Program-made: the position numbers and the translations under genes
Assembly: GCA_036676945.1 (NCBI GenBank)
Contig: JAKFBZ010000027.1
Coordinates: forward strand, 1,601-65,600
Source of the DNA: Marmoricola sp.
Lineage (GTDB): Bacteria > Actinomycetota > Actinomycetes > Propionibacteriales > Nocardioidaceae
DNA: 64,000 nt
Direction of reading: 5' to 3'
The notes under the pieces: generated by a model
The model's input: the letters and a program-made list of their open reading frames with translations, nothing else
Databases searched by the model: none
What the model was told of the DNA's origin: nothing
Part shown: positions 1 to 9,919 of the stretch, piece after piece
Numbering within the stretch: position 1 is the stretch's first letter
Layout of the letters: every line of letters begins with the position of its first letter

Positions 1-185
1 TCCTTCGCGCGACCGGGGACGCCGGAGATGTCCGGCTCGTCGTACTGGCCGATGTCAGCGGTGTACGTGCACGGGATCGCGCCCTTGTCGCGCATCCACG
101 CCACGGCGACGGAGGTGTCGAGACCCCCGGAGAAGGCGATGCCGACGCGCTCGCCGACGGGCAGAGAAGTGAGTACTTTGGACAC
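1..185 (-). CDS. argG: Argininosuccinate synthase, N-terminal part (runs off the left edge)
   Basis: Manual translation from GTG at 185 gives [52 protein letters not shown], with the AFSGGLDTS motif of the E. coli-type ArgG. Not in the ORF track. Confidence 0.93.
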   Translation of the reverse strand, partial: MSKVLTSLPVGERVGIAFSGGLDTSVAVAWMRDKGAIPCTYTADIGQYDEPDISGVPGRAK

Positions 186-193
186 ACGAGAAG

Positions 194-220
194 TATGCAT
201 GACTATGCATGATCATGCAA
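194..220. promoter_or_regulatory. Tandem/overlapping ArgR operators (ARG boxes) over the argG promoter
   Basis: TGCATGACTATGCA (196-209) and TGCATGATCATGCA (206-219) sit directly upstream of argG and overlap a CATACT -10 hexamer (192-197, minus strand). Confidence 0.8.
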
Positions 221-246
221 AGCCGGTGGTCGAGGCAGTCGGGACC

Positions 247-948
247 TCAGACGGCGCAGCCGTCCGGCCCGCAGGCGTCCGCTCCCCCGCCGACGAGATC
301 GAGCTGGGGGTGCGACTCCGACCACGCCTTCTCGAGGACCTGGGTGAAGACCTCGGCGGGCTGCGCGCCGGAGACGCCGTACTTGCGGTCGACGACGTAG
401 AACGGCACGCCGGTCGCACCGAGAGCTGCGGCCTCACGGATGTCGGCCTCGACCGCGTCGGCGTACTCCCGGCCGGCGAGGACCTCGTCGACGCGGGCGC
501 CGTCGAGTCCGGCCTCGACGGCGATCCGGCTCAGGGTGTCGTGGTCGGCGACGTTCTCGGTGTGGACGAAGTACGCCGCGAGCAGGGCCTCCTTCAGCCG
601 GCCCTGGAGCTCGGGCCCACCGGTCTCCAGCGCTAGGTGCAGGAGCCGGTGCGCGTCCACGGTGCTCACCCGCAGCGACGCGTGGTGGCGGAAGAGCAGG
701 CCTTCCTCGGCGGCCACGGCCTCGACGCGGTCGATCATCTGTTTGCCCGCCTCCGGGCCGCCGCCGTACTTGCGCCCCAGCGCTTCGGCGACCGTCTCGG
801 TCGGGACCGCGGGCGCGGACGGGTCGAGCTGGAAGGAGCGCCAGACGATCTCGACCTGGTGGTCGAAGGTGGCCAGGGCAGTCTCCAGACGCCGCTTGCC
901 GATGTAGCACCACGGGCAGACGACGTCACTCCAGATCTCGATACGCAT
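247..948 (-). CDS. DsbA/FrnE-family thiol-disulfide oxidoreductase
   Basis: N-terminal IEIWSDVVCPWCYIGKRRL with CPWC motif; C-terminal GVPF...SGAQ. Confidence 0.9.
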   Translation of the reverse strand: MRIEIWSDVVCPWCYIGKRRLETALATFDHQVEIVWRSFQLDPSAPAVPTETVAEALGRKYGGGPEAGKQMIDRVEAVAAEEGLLFRHHASLRVSTVDAHRLLHLALETGGPELQGRLKEALLAAYFVHTENVADHDTLSRIAVEAGLDGARVDEVLAGREYADAVEADIREAAALGATGVPFYVVDRKYGVSGAQPAEVFTQVLEKAWSESHPQLDLVGGGADACGPDGCAV

Positions 949-956
949 GCAGCCGT

Positions 957-982
957 AACCGGTCCGCGGTCCGTTTTGTTCC
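957..982 (-). promoter_or_regulatory. SigR/SigH-type promoter (GGAAC-N18-GTT) for the DsbA gene
   Basis: Minus strand GGAAC (982-978), exactly 18 nt, then GTT (959-957), ending 8 nt before the ATG at 948. Confidence 0.7.
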
Positions 983-1176
983 GGGACCCCAGACCGAAGT
1001 CGCGGCCGACCCCGAGACGGACCGGGGCGATCTCAGGGGTCGCTCGGGTGTTCTCCCTGATGTGCGCGCGCACCCGCGCAGGCGAGGGTTCGTTCCATGA
1101 GTGAGCGAAGCGAGCGAACAATCCAACACAGCCGCCTGGTGATCAGCGCAGGTCCGATGCGAAGCGAGGACCGAGC

Positions 1177-2094
1177 ATGATCACCATCGAGAACCTGACC
1201 AAGACGTACGGCGGCTTCACAGCGGTCGACGACGTCTCGTTCGCCGCCCGGGCCGGACGCGTGACCGGCTTCCTCGGCCCCAACGGCGCCGGCAAGTCCA
1301 CCACCATGCGGATCATGGTCGGACTGACCCCGCCCACGTCCGGGAAGGCGCTCGTCGACGGGCGTCCCTTCGCGGACCTGCCCAATCCCGGACTCGACGT
1401 CGGCGTCCTGCTCGACGCCTCCGCCCAGCACGCCGGCCGCACCGGACGAGAGATCCTCACGATCGCGGCCCGCACCATGGGACTCCCCCGGGTCCGCGTC
1501 GAGGAGATGCTGCACCGCGTCAGCCTCACCGACTCCGAGGCCGAGAGGCGGGTGAAGAACTACTCGCTCGGGATGCGCCAGCGGCTCGGGATCGCGACCG
1601 CGCTGATCGGCGACCCGGCCGTGCTGATCCTCGACGAGCCGGCGAACGGCCTCGACCCGGCCGGCATCCGCTGGATGCGCGACCTGCTCCGCGACTACGC
1701 CGACCAGGGCGGCACCGTGCTGCTCTCCTCACACCTGTTGCACGAGATCGAGGTCGTCGCAGACGACCTGGTCGTGATCGGCAACGGCCGGATCGTCGCC
1801 CAGGGCACCAAGGAGGAGCTGCTCGCCGCCGCGGGCACGCTCGTCCGGACCCGCGACGTCGCGGCCCTGACCAGGGCGCTCGCTGCTGCCGGCGTCCCGA
1901 GCAGCATCAGCAGCGACGGCACCGTCCGCACCGAGGCCGACACCGAGCAGGTCGGCCGGATCGCCCTCGAGGCACAGGTCGCCCTGACCGAGCTCCGCGC
2001 CGCCGACGGCGCCGGGCTGGAAGAGATGTTCCTCGAGCTGACGGCTGAATCGCAGCGCGAGACCACCCCGAACCGAGAAGGAGTAGCAGCATGA
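1177..2094 (+). CDS. ABC transporter ATP-binding protein (drug/peptide export type)
   Basis: Walker A GPNGAGKS, signature YSLGMRQ, Walker B LILDE. Confidence 0.92.
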   Translation: MITIENLTKTYGGFTAVDDVSFAARAGRVTGFLGPNGAGKSTTMRIMVGLTPPTSGKALVDGRPFADLPNPGLDVGVLLDASAQHAGRTGREILTIAARTMGLPRVRVEEMLHRVSLTDSEAERRVKNYSLGMRQRLGIATALIGDPAVLILDEPANGLDPAGIRWMRDLLRDYADQGGTVLLSSHLLHEIEVVADDLVVIGNGRIVAQGTKEELLAAAGTLVRTRDVAALTRALAAAGVPSSISSDGTVRTEADTEQVGRIALEAQVALTELRAADGAGLEEMFLELTAESQRETTPNREGVAA

Positions 2095-2900
2095 GCGCCG
2101 CGACCCTGGAACGACCCGTGGCCGCACCGGCCCGGGCACTCCGATCGACCGAGAAGATCCCGCTGACCCGGATCGTCGGTGTCGAGGTGCAGAAGATGTT
2201 CGACACCCGGTCGGGCTTCTGGTTGCTGACCGCCGTCGGCATCACCGCGACGCTGGCCACCATCGCCACCATCCTGTGGGCGCCCGAGGAGGAGATCTCC
2301 TACAGCTCGTTCGCAGCGGCGATCGGTGCTCCGATGTCGGTGATCCTGCCGATGATCGGCATCCTGGCGATCACCAGCGAGTGGAGCCAGCGCACCGGAC
2401 TGACCACCTTCACCCTGGTGCCGCACCGCAGCAAGGTGATCGGCGCGAAGCTGATCGCGATCCTGGGCGTCGGGGTGGCCTCGATCGCGCTCGCCTTCGC
2501 GGTCGGCGCCCTCGGCAATGTCGTCGGTTCCGCGATCCTCGGGGTCGACACCTCGTGGGACATGACCCTGGGCGACTCGGCGCTGATCTTCCTGGCCGAC
2601 GCCCTGGGCATGCTGATGGGGTTCACCCTCGGCATCCTGATCCGGAGCTCGCCGGGCGCCATCGTCGGGTACTTCGTCTACGCGCTGGTGCTGCCGGCAT
2701 CGCTCGGGGCGCTGGCCGCCTTCCAGGACTGGTTCGCGGACCTGCAGGGCTGGGTCGACTTCCAGTTCTCCTCCACCCGCCTGTACGACGGCGACCTGGC
2801 TGCGAGCGACTGGGGCCACCTGGCCACGTCGGGACTGATCTGGCTGGTCATCCCGATGGCGATCGGCCTGTTCGTGGTGACCCGCTCCGAGGTGAAGTAG
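2091..2900 (+). CDS. ABC-2 type transporter permease
   Basis: About six hydrophobic segments, ITSEWSQRT loop motif, ATGA overlap with the ATPase gene. Confidence 0.85.
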   Translation: MSAATLERPVAAPARALRSTEKIPLTRIVGVEVQKMFDTRSGFWLLTAVGITATLATIATILWAPEEEISYSSFAAAIGAPMSVILPMIGILAITSEWSQRTGLTTFTLVPHRSKVIGAKLIAILGVGVASIALAFAVGALGNVVGSAILGVDTSWDMTLGDSALIFLADALGMLMGFTLGILIRSSPGAIVGYFVYALVLPASLGALAAFQDWFADLQGWVDFQFSSTRLYDGDLAASDWGHLATSGLIWLVIPMAIGLFVVTRSEVK

Positions 2901-2927
2901 CCCGTACCCCGGCGGTCGGGAGGTCGG

Positions 2928-3284
2928 CTAAGCGCCGGCCTCCCATCCGTCGTACTCGGCGTGCGCCGCGTGACCGGCGAGCCGCTCGAAGAAGCTCCGG
3001 GCCTCGGCGACCCGCTCGGGGGTCAGTACGGCGTCGAACTGCTCGACGACCAGCACCCAGCCGCCGCCCTCGGCAGAGGCTTCGAGGGTCTTGACCTGCC
3101 AGCCCTCGATCACCGCCGTCTCGGCCGCGTCACGGGTCGACTCCTCGTCGGCGAAGTAGAGGTAGTGCAACCAGTGCCGGGGCGCCTCGAGGTCACCGGC
3201 CTGGGCCAGGGTCTCGAGGATCAGGTCGTCACCCTCGTGCCCGGTCCGGACCGGCGGACGGTGCTTACGTCGGAACAGGGACAC
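2928..3284 (-). CDS. RraB/DUF695-like small protein (RNase E inhibitor RraB fold)
   Basis: PRHWLHYLYF...EYDGWEA pattern typical of RraB-domain proteins. Confidence 0.6.
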   Translation of the reverse strand: MSLFRRKHRPPVRTGHEGDDLILETLAQAGDLEAPRHWLHYLYFADEESTRDAAETAVIEGWQVKTLEASAEGGGWVLVVEQFDAVLTPERVAEARSFFERLAGHAAHAEYDGWEAGA

Positions 3285-3341
3285 GGTCCACCTCGATCTC
3301 TCCTCGGCGTTCGAGTCTCGACCGTACTGGACCCGCCGGCC

Positions 3342-3824
3342 TCAGTGCTTGAGCGAGGGATCCCAGCGGTTGGCGATCAGCTTGAAGCTCGGGGTGTCGT
3401 CGAGCGACGTCATCGCCTCGTAGATCCGCTCGTACTTGGTCGCCGCGATCCGCCACTTGCCGTCGGGGTCCTTGCGGTACTCGTCGACGTAGTAGCCGCC
3501 GCCGCGGATGATCACCTTGAAGTCAGGCACGATCACGGTGTCCTCGAAGCCCCACGAGCCGGTCGCCGTGTCGCCGTCCACCGAGATCTCCGGGTGGCTG
3601 GCGATGTGGATCGTGACGATCCCGGGCCCGAGGTTGCCGGACATGAACTCGACGACGTCGGCCCGGTTGTCGTAGTGCAGCGGCTTGTCCATCGCCTGGG
3701 TGCCGTAGCGGGCGGTGACGTCCTCGGCCAGGCAGTCGCCGAACTCGTCCCACAGCTTCAGGTCGAGCGTGCGGAAGTAGCGGTACTTGAGCTGCCGGAT
3801 TTCTTCGATCGCGATGAGGTCCAT
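3342..3824 (-). CDS. NTF2/SnoaL-like protein, BaiE (steroid dehydratase)-like
   Basis: IEEIRQLKYRYFRTLD.K.W, H...HPEI.VDGDTATG.W, Y.DEY.K..GKWRI motifs. Confidence 0.75.
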   Translation of the reverse strand: MDLIAIEEIRQLKYRYFRTLDLKLWDEFGDCLAEDVTARYGTQAMDKPLHYDNRADVVEFMSGNLGPGIVTIHIASHPEISVDGDTATGSWGFEDTVIVPDFKVIIRGGGYYVDEYRKDPDGKWRIAATKYERIYEAMTSLDDTPSFKLIANRWDPSLKH

Positions 3825-3833
3825 GAAGCGAGC

Positions 3834-3849
3834 CTAGAACGTGTTCTAG
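3834..3849. promoter_or_regulatory. KstR-type operator TAGAACGTGTTCTA
   Basis: C-TAGAAC-GT-GTTCTA-G has perfect 7-bp inverted arms and matches TnnAACnnGTTnnA. It overlaps the TAGGCT -10 (3836-3831) of the BaiE-like gene. Confidence 0.75.
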
Positions 3850-3886
3850 TTCGCAGCTAGGGGTTCGCTCGAGATTGAAGGCGCGT

Positions 3887-4420
3887 TCAGTGCCGCGGGT
3901 CCCGCCCCGCGTAGGCGAGGAGCTTGTCCTGAGCCGAGGCGTCGGCCGGCACGGTGATCTCGGGAGCGAAGACGCCCTCGCGCTGGTCGTCGGTGAACGC
4001 GCCGTAGATCATCTCGTACGCCGCCTCCGGCAGGCCCTCGGGCATGGTGGCGTCCTGCCCGGTCGCCCGGGCCAGGTCCCAGCCGTGCAGCAGCTGGTCG
4101 CTGAACGCGATCCCGAGCGCGGGACCGGTCTTCTCGATCACGCCGTCCTCGCCGAAGACCGCCAGCATCTCCTCCCGAGCGCTCCGGAAATCCGCCGCCG
4201 GGTCGTCGCCGAGGAGCACGGGCGGCTCCTGGCCCGGCGGGGACACGTCCTGCCCTCGGGCCGCGCCCACGAAGTACTGCTGCGTGTCGAGCATGTGGTT
4301 CATCAAGGTGCGCACGTCCCACTTCTGGCAGGGCGTCGACGCGTCGAGCTGGTTCGCAGCGCCGGTCGCCTTGGTGAGCGTCCAGTCGCTGGCACGTCCG
4401 TACAGATCGAGCAGGTCCAT
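3887..4420 (-). CDS. TIGR03086-family (MDMPI-like) metal-binding protein
   Basis: TPCQKWDVRTLMNH and DQLLHGWDLARATGQ motifs. Confidence 0.8.
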   Translation of the reverse strand: MDLLDLYGRASDWTLTKATGAANQLDASTPCQKWDVRTLMNHMLDTQQYFVGAARGQDVSPPGQEPPVLLGDDPAADFRSAREEMLAVFGEDGVIEKTGPALGIAFSDQLLHGWDLARATGQDATMPEGLPEAAYEMIYGAFTDDQREGVFAPEITVPADASAQDKLLAYAGRDPRH

Positions 4421-4468
4421 GACATACCTCCACCCACTCGCTACCCGCTCTGCGGATCGACAAACACA

Positions 4469-4504
4469 AGAACGCCCCCTGACCCGAAGGCCAAGGGGCG
4501 TTCT
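4469..4504 (-). terminator. Intrinsic terminator of ilvBNC
   Basis: AGAACGCCCC / GGGGCGTTCT 10-bp stem just after the ilvC stop, followed by TGTGTTT on the minus strand. Confidence 0.75.
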
Positions 4505-4513
4505 GCGATGAAC

Positions 4514-6143
<1,630 letters not shown>

Positions 6144-6144
<1 letters not shown>

Positions 6145-7901
6145 CAGAGTTCGTCCTCGTCGAAGTCGGGGGCCAGGTCGCGCGCGTACTTGATGTCGTC
6201 GTTGGACGTTCCGGCGGCGACCATCGGCCAGACCATGGCGTCACGGTGCACCCGGAAGTCCACGACCACGGGGACGTCGTCGATCTCCATCGCCTTCTTG
6301 ATGGTCGCGTCCACGTCAGCGGCGTTGTCGCAGGACAGCCCCACGGCGCCGTACGCGTCGGCGAGCTTCACGAAGTCCGGCACCCGCTTGGACTGGAGGT
6401 CGGTGTTGGAGTAGCGGCTGTTGTAGAACAGCGTCTGCCACTGGCGCACCATGCCGAGCGACTCGTTGTTGATGATCGCGACCTTGATCGGGATGCCCTC
6501 GATCGTGCAGGTGGCGAGCTCCTGGTTCGTCATCTGGAAGCAGCCGTCGCCGTCGATCGCCCAGACGGTGGCATCGGGGCGGCCGACCTTGGCGCCCATC
6601 GCGGCCGGGACCGCGAAGCCCATCGTGCCGAGGCCGCCGGAGTTGATCCAGGTGTTGGGGTGCTCGAAGCCGACGTAGTGGGTCGCCCACATCTGGTGCT
6701 GACCGACGCCGGCGCAGTAGATCGACTCCGGGCCGCTGATCGCGCCGAGGCGCTCGAGGACGTACTGCGGCGCGAGGCCGTCGGCAGGGGTGTCGTAGCT
6801 GAGCGGGTACCGCTGCTTGAGCCCGGCGACGAACTTCACCCAGCCCTCGAAGTCACCGGTGTTGCCGGCGTCCTGCTCGGCCTGGAGGGCGACGATCAGG
6901 TCGGCGATCACCTCACGGCAGTCCCCCACGATCGGCACGTCGACGACGCGGTTCTTGCCGATCTCGGCCGGGTCGATGTCAGCGTGGATGACGCGGGCGC
7001 CGGGGGCGAACGAGTCCAGGTTGCCGGTGACTCGGTCGTCGAAACGAGCACCGAGGCTGATGATCAGGTCGCTCTTCTGCAGGCCCGCCACCGCGGCGAC
7101 TGTGCCGTGCATCCCGGGCATGCCGAGGTGCTGCGGGTGGCTGTCCGGGAACGCGCCGCGGGCCATCAGCGTGGTGACCACCGGGATCCCGGTCATCTCG
7201 GCGAGGACCCGGAGCTCCTTGGCCGCCCGCGCGCGGATCACGCCGCCGCCGACGTACAGGACGGGCTTGCTCGACTCCAGGATGAGCTTGGTCGCCTCGC
7301 GGATCTGCTTGGAGTGCGGGCGCGCCACCGGCCGGTAGCCGGGCAGGTTGATCTCGGTCGGCCAGACGAAGTCGGTCATCGCCTGCAGCGCCGACTTGGC
7401 GACGTCGACGAGCACCGGTCCCGGGCGGCCGGTCGAGGCGAGGTAGAACGCCTCGGCCACGGTCCGCGGGATGTCGGCGGGGTCGGTGACCAGGAAGTTG
7501 TGCTTGGTGATCGGCATCGTGATGCCGCGGATGTCGGCCTCCTGGAACGCGTCGGTGCCGATCGCGGCGGCCGGGACCTGTCCGGTGACGGCGACCATCG
7601 GGACCGAGTCCATGTACGCGTCCGCGATCGGGGTGACCAGGTTGGTCGCGCCCGGACCGCTGGTGGCCATGCAGACCCCGACCTTGCCGGTGGCCGCGGC
7701 GTAGCCCTGGGCCGCGTGGCCGGCGCCCTGCTCGTGGCGTACGAGGATGTGCCGGATCTTGGAGTCGTAGAGCGGGTCGTACGCCGGGAGGATGGCGCCG
7801 CCGGGGATGCCGAAGATGTTCTCGGCGCCCGCGCTCTCGAGGGACTTGATCAGGCTCTGGGCACCGGTGACCTGCGTCCCGGTCGTGCCCTGCTCGCTCA
7901 T
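6144..7901 (-). CDS. ilvB: Acetolactate synthase large subunit
   Basis: [31 protein letters not shown] ThDP motif. Start moved to MSEQG (7901) with AGGAA RBS. Confidence 0.97.
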
Positions 7902-7949
7902 CGGATTCCTTCGGTGGTCAGTCTGTGCGTGGGTTTCGTTCAGTCCATC

Positions 7950-7983
7950 AAAAAACCCCCCGGCCAAGGATGGCAGCGAGGGG
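7950..7983 (-). terminator. Attenuator terminator hairpin upstream of ilvB
   Basis: CCCCUCG-CU-GCCA(UCCU)UGGC-CGGGGGG followed by six U. Confidence 0.85.
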
Positions 7984-8011
7984 TCGACGCGGGAGCGTTG
8001 AGGTGGTGGCC

Positions 8012-8053
8012 TCAGCTCACGCGTCGCGTGCGTACAAGAATCTCAAAACGCAT
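8012..8053 (-). CDS. ilvB leader peptide [13 protein letters not shown]
   Basis: 13-codon ORF with consecutive Ile-Leu-Val codons just upstream of alternative hairpins and a terminator. Confidence 0.85.
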   Translation of the reverse strand: MRFEILVRTRRVS

Positions 8054-8143
8054 GGACACATAGTGCCCCTCGTGCCACCAGGCACTCAACTCACTATGCC
8101 AGCCATCCCAGCATCCGGGACAGCCATCTTGGATTCTGGCATT

Positions 8144-8848
8144 TCAGGCGTGAGCAGCGAGCGGGGCGATCTGGTTCCCGGTGTCGTCGAAGTTCGCCGG
8201 ATCCAGCCAGGCCTCCAGTGCCGCGCTGACCGCCGGCCACTCCGCGTCGGTGATCGAGAGCCAGTCGGTGTCCCGGTTGCGGCCCTTGTAGACGAGCGCG
8301 TTGCGGAAGGTGCCCTCGTAGGTGAATCCGAGCCGCTCGGCAGCGCGGCGCGACGGGGCATTGAGCGAGTCGCACTTCCACTCGTAGCGGCGGTAGCCGA
8401 GGTCGTCGAAGGCGTGGCGGAGCATCAGGTACATCGCCTCGGTCGCGGCGGTCGTCCGCTGCAGTTCGGCGGCGTACACGATCCCGCCGACCTCGACGGA
8501 CCCGTTCGCCGCATCCAGGCGGAGGTAGGAGGCCACCCCGACCGGCCGGCCGTCGGGCAGGCAGATCACGTGCGGGACCGCGCCCGGGTCGTCGTTCAGG
8601 TCCCGCAGCCAACCGAACAGGCCCGGCTTGTCGGTGAACGGACCGACCGGGATGTAGGTCCAGACGCTCTCCGGCGAGCGGGTCACCAGGGAATCGAAGA
8701 GCTGGTCGAGGTGGTGGGCGGCCACCGGCTCGATCCGGCAGGTGCGCCCGGTCAGCGTCACCGGCGCGACCTGGGGGCGCGCGGACCAGGCCACCGGATC
8801 CCCGATCGGCTGGCCGAACTCGTTGCTGCGCTGCTCCGGGCCGGTCAC
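8144..8848 (-). CDS. GNAT (RimJ/RimL-like) N-acetyltransferase
   Basis: LGYRRYEWKCDSLNAPSRRAAERLGFTYEGTFR motif. Start set at GTG 8848 (GTGA overlap with the upstream gene). Confidence 0.88.
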   Translation of the reverse strand: MTGPEQRSNEFGQPIGDPVAWSARPQVAPVTLTGRTCRIEPVAAHHLDQLFDSLVTRSPESVWTYIPVGPFTDKPGLFGWLRDLNDDPGAVPHVICLPDGRPVGVASYLRLDAANGSVEVGGIVYAAELQRTTAATEAMYLMLRHAFDDLGYRRYEWKCDSLNAPSRRAAERLGFTYEGTFRNALVYKGRNRDTDWLSITDAEWPAVSAALEAWLDPANFDDTGNQIAPLAAHA

Positions 8849-9822
8849 TGGAAGCTCACGAACCGGACCTGCGGGCGGATGCCGAGGACCTGGCCGGGGC
8901 GCATCCGGGGCACGTCCTCGTCGTAGAAGAGCTTGAAGCCGAGCGCGAACTGCGCCGGCCGGACCACGTGCCGGAAGGTGGCGAGCTTGGCGCGCGGCGG
9001 ACCGAAGCCGTCGACGTGCTGCACCTCGGCGAGGTGCGCTCGCGGCTTGACCTGCGCGATGTCCCGGATCATGTCGGTCCTGAACTGGTGGAGCAGGAAG
9101 ACCTTCTCGGGCAGACTCTCCCGGGCCGTGAGCGCGTCGAGCCAGCGGGAGACCCGGTTGACCTCGACGGCGTCGACCGAGCCGATCCGCTGCCCGGGGA
9201 CACCGCCCCGGCTCATCCGCCACTCGGGGTCGAGGGCCAGTCCGACCCACGGGTCCTTCAGGGCCCATTCCCAGCGTTCGGCGACCGGGAGGAACCCGGC
9301 ACTCCCCGGCTGGAGGTCGAGGAGCAGCAGGACACCGTGCCGGTGCGCGGCACGGATGTAGCGCTCGACCAGGCTCCGGTCGATGTCCGCGCTGTAGGTC
9401 CCGCTCCGGCCCGGGCTCGCGTGCGCGACGGTGACGATCAGCTCGAAGACGGGCTGGACCTGGCGACCACCCCGGGCGAACGGACGGGCCGCCGCCTGCA
9501 GCCGGGGCATGATCCGTTCCGGGTAGTCCTCACCGAGGACGCCGAGCGAGCTGGTGCCGGCGGTGCCGTAGTACGCGACCAGGAACTTGTTGCCCGCGAA
9601 GACGCGGCTCCCGCCGCCAGGCAGGACCGGCGGCCCGGAAGCCGGCCGAGGCACCTCCGGCGCGGGATCGGCCGACGGCGCCGGGAGCACGCCCGGCATC
9701 CGGGGCGCCTGCGGCGTCGGCTGCTCCCGGTCCTCGGGGCGGGTGTCGTCATCGCGGTCGTCCTGGCCGATCGCACCGATCACGAGGAGGAAGGCGACCA
9801 GGAGCAGGCCGACCAGGTACAT
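8845..9822 (-). CDS. Conserved exported protein of unknown function (possible glycoside-hydrolase-like barrel)
   Basis: N-terminal hydrophobic helix, Pro-rich linker, then VAYYG, FELI.TVA, LDLQPG, LALDPEW, HVDGFG, FKLFYDED motifs. Start uncertain (9822 or 9858). Confidence 0.6.
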   Translation of the reverse strand: MYLVGLLLVAFLLVIGAIGQDDRDDDTRPEDREQPTPQAPRMPGVLPAPSADPAPEVPRPASGPPVLPGGGSRVFAGNKFLVAYYGTAGTSSLGVLGEDYPERIMPRLQAAARPFARGGRQVQPVFELIVTVAHASPGRSGTYSADIDRSLVERYIRAAHRHGVLLLLDLQPGSAGFLPVAERWEWALKDPWVGLALDPEWRMSRGGVPGQRIGSVDAVEVNRVSRWLDALTARESLPEKVFLLHQFRTDMIRDIAQVKPRAHLAEVQHVDGFGPPRAKLATFRHVVRPAQFALGFKLFYDEDVPRMRPGQVLGIRPQVRFVSFQ

Positions 9823-9919
9823 CGGCACCCATTCCTGTCCGTCCGGTCGCGTCGCCATGGGCCCATTCGACACCACAGGGGGTCACGGTCACCAACGGAA
9901 TGCGGCTCGCCGCCACGCC

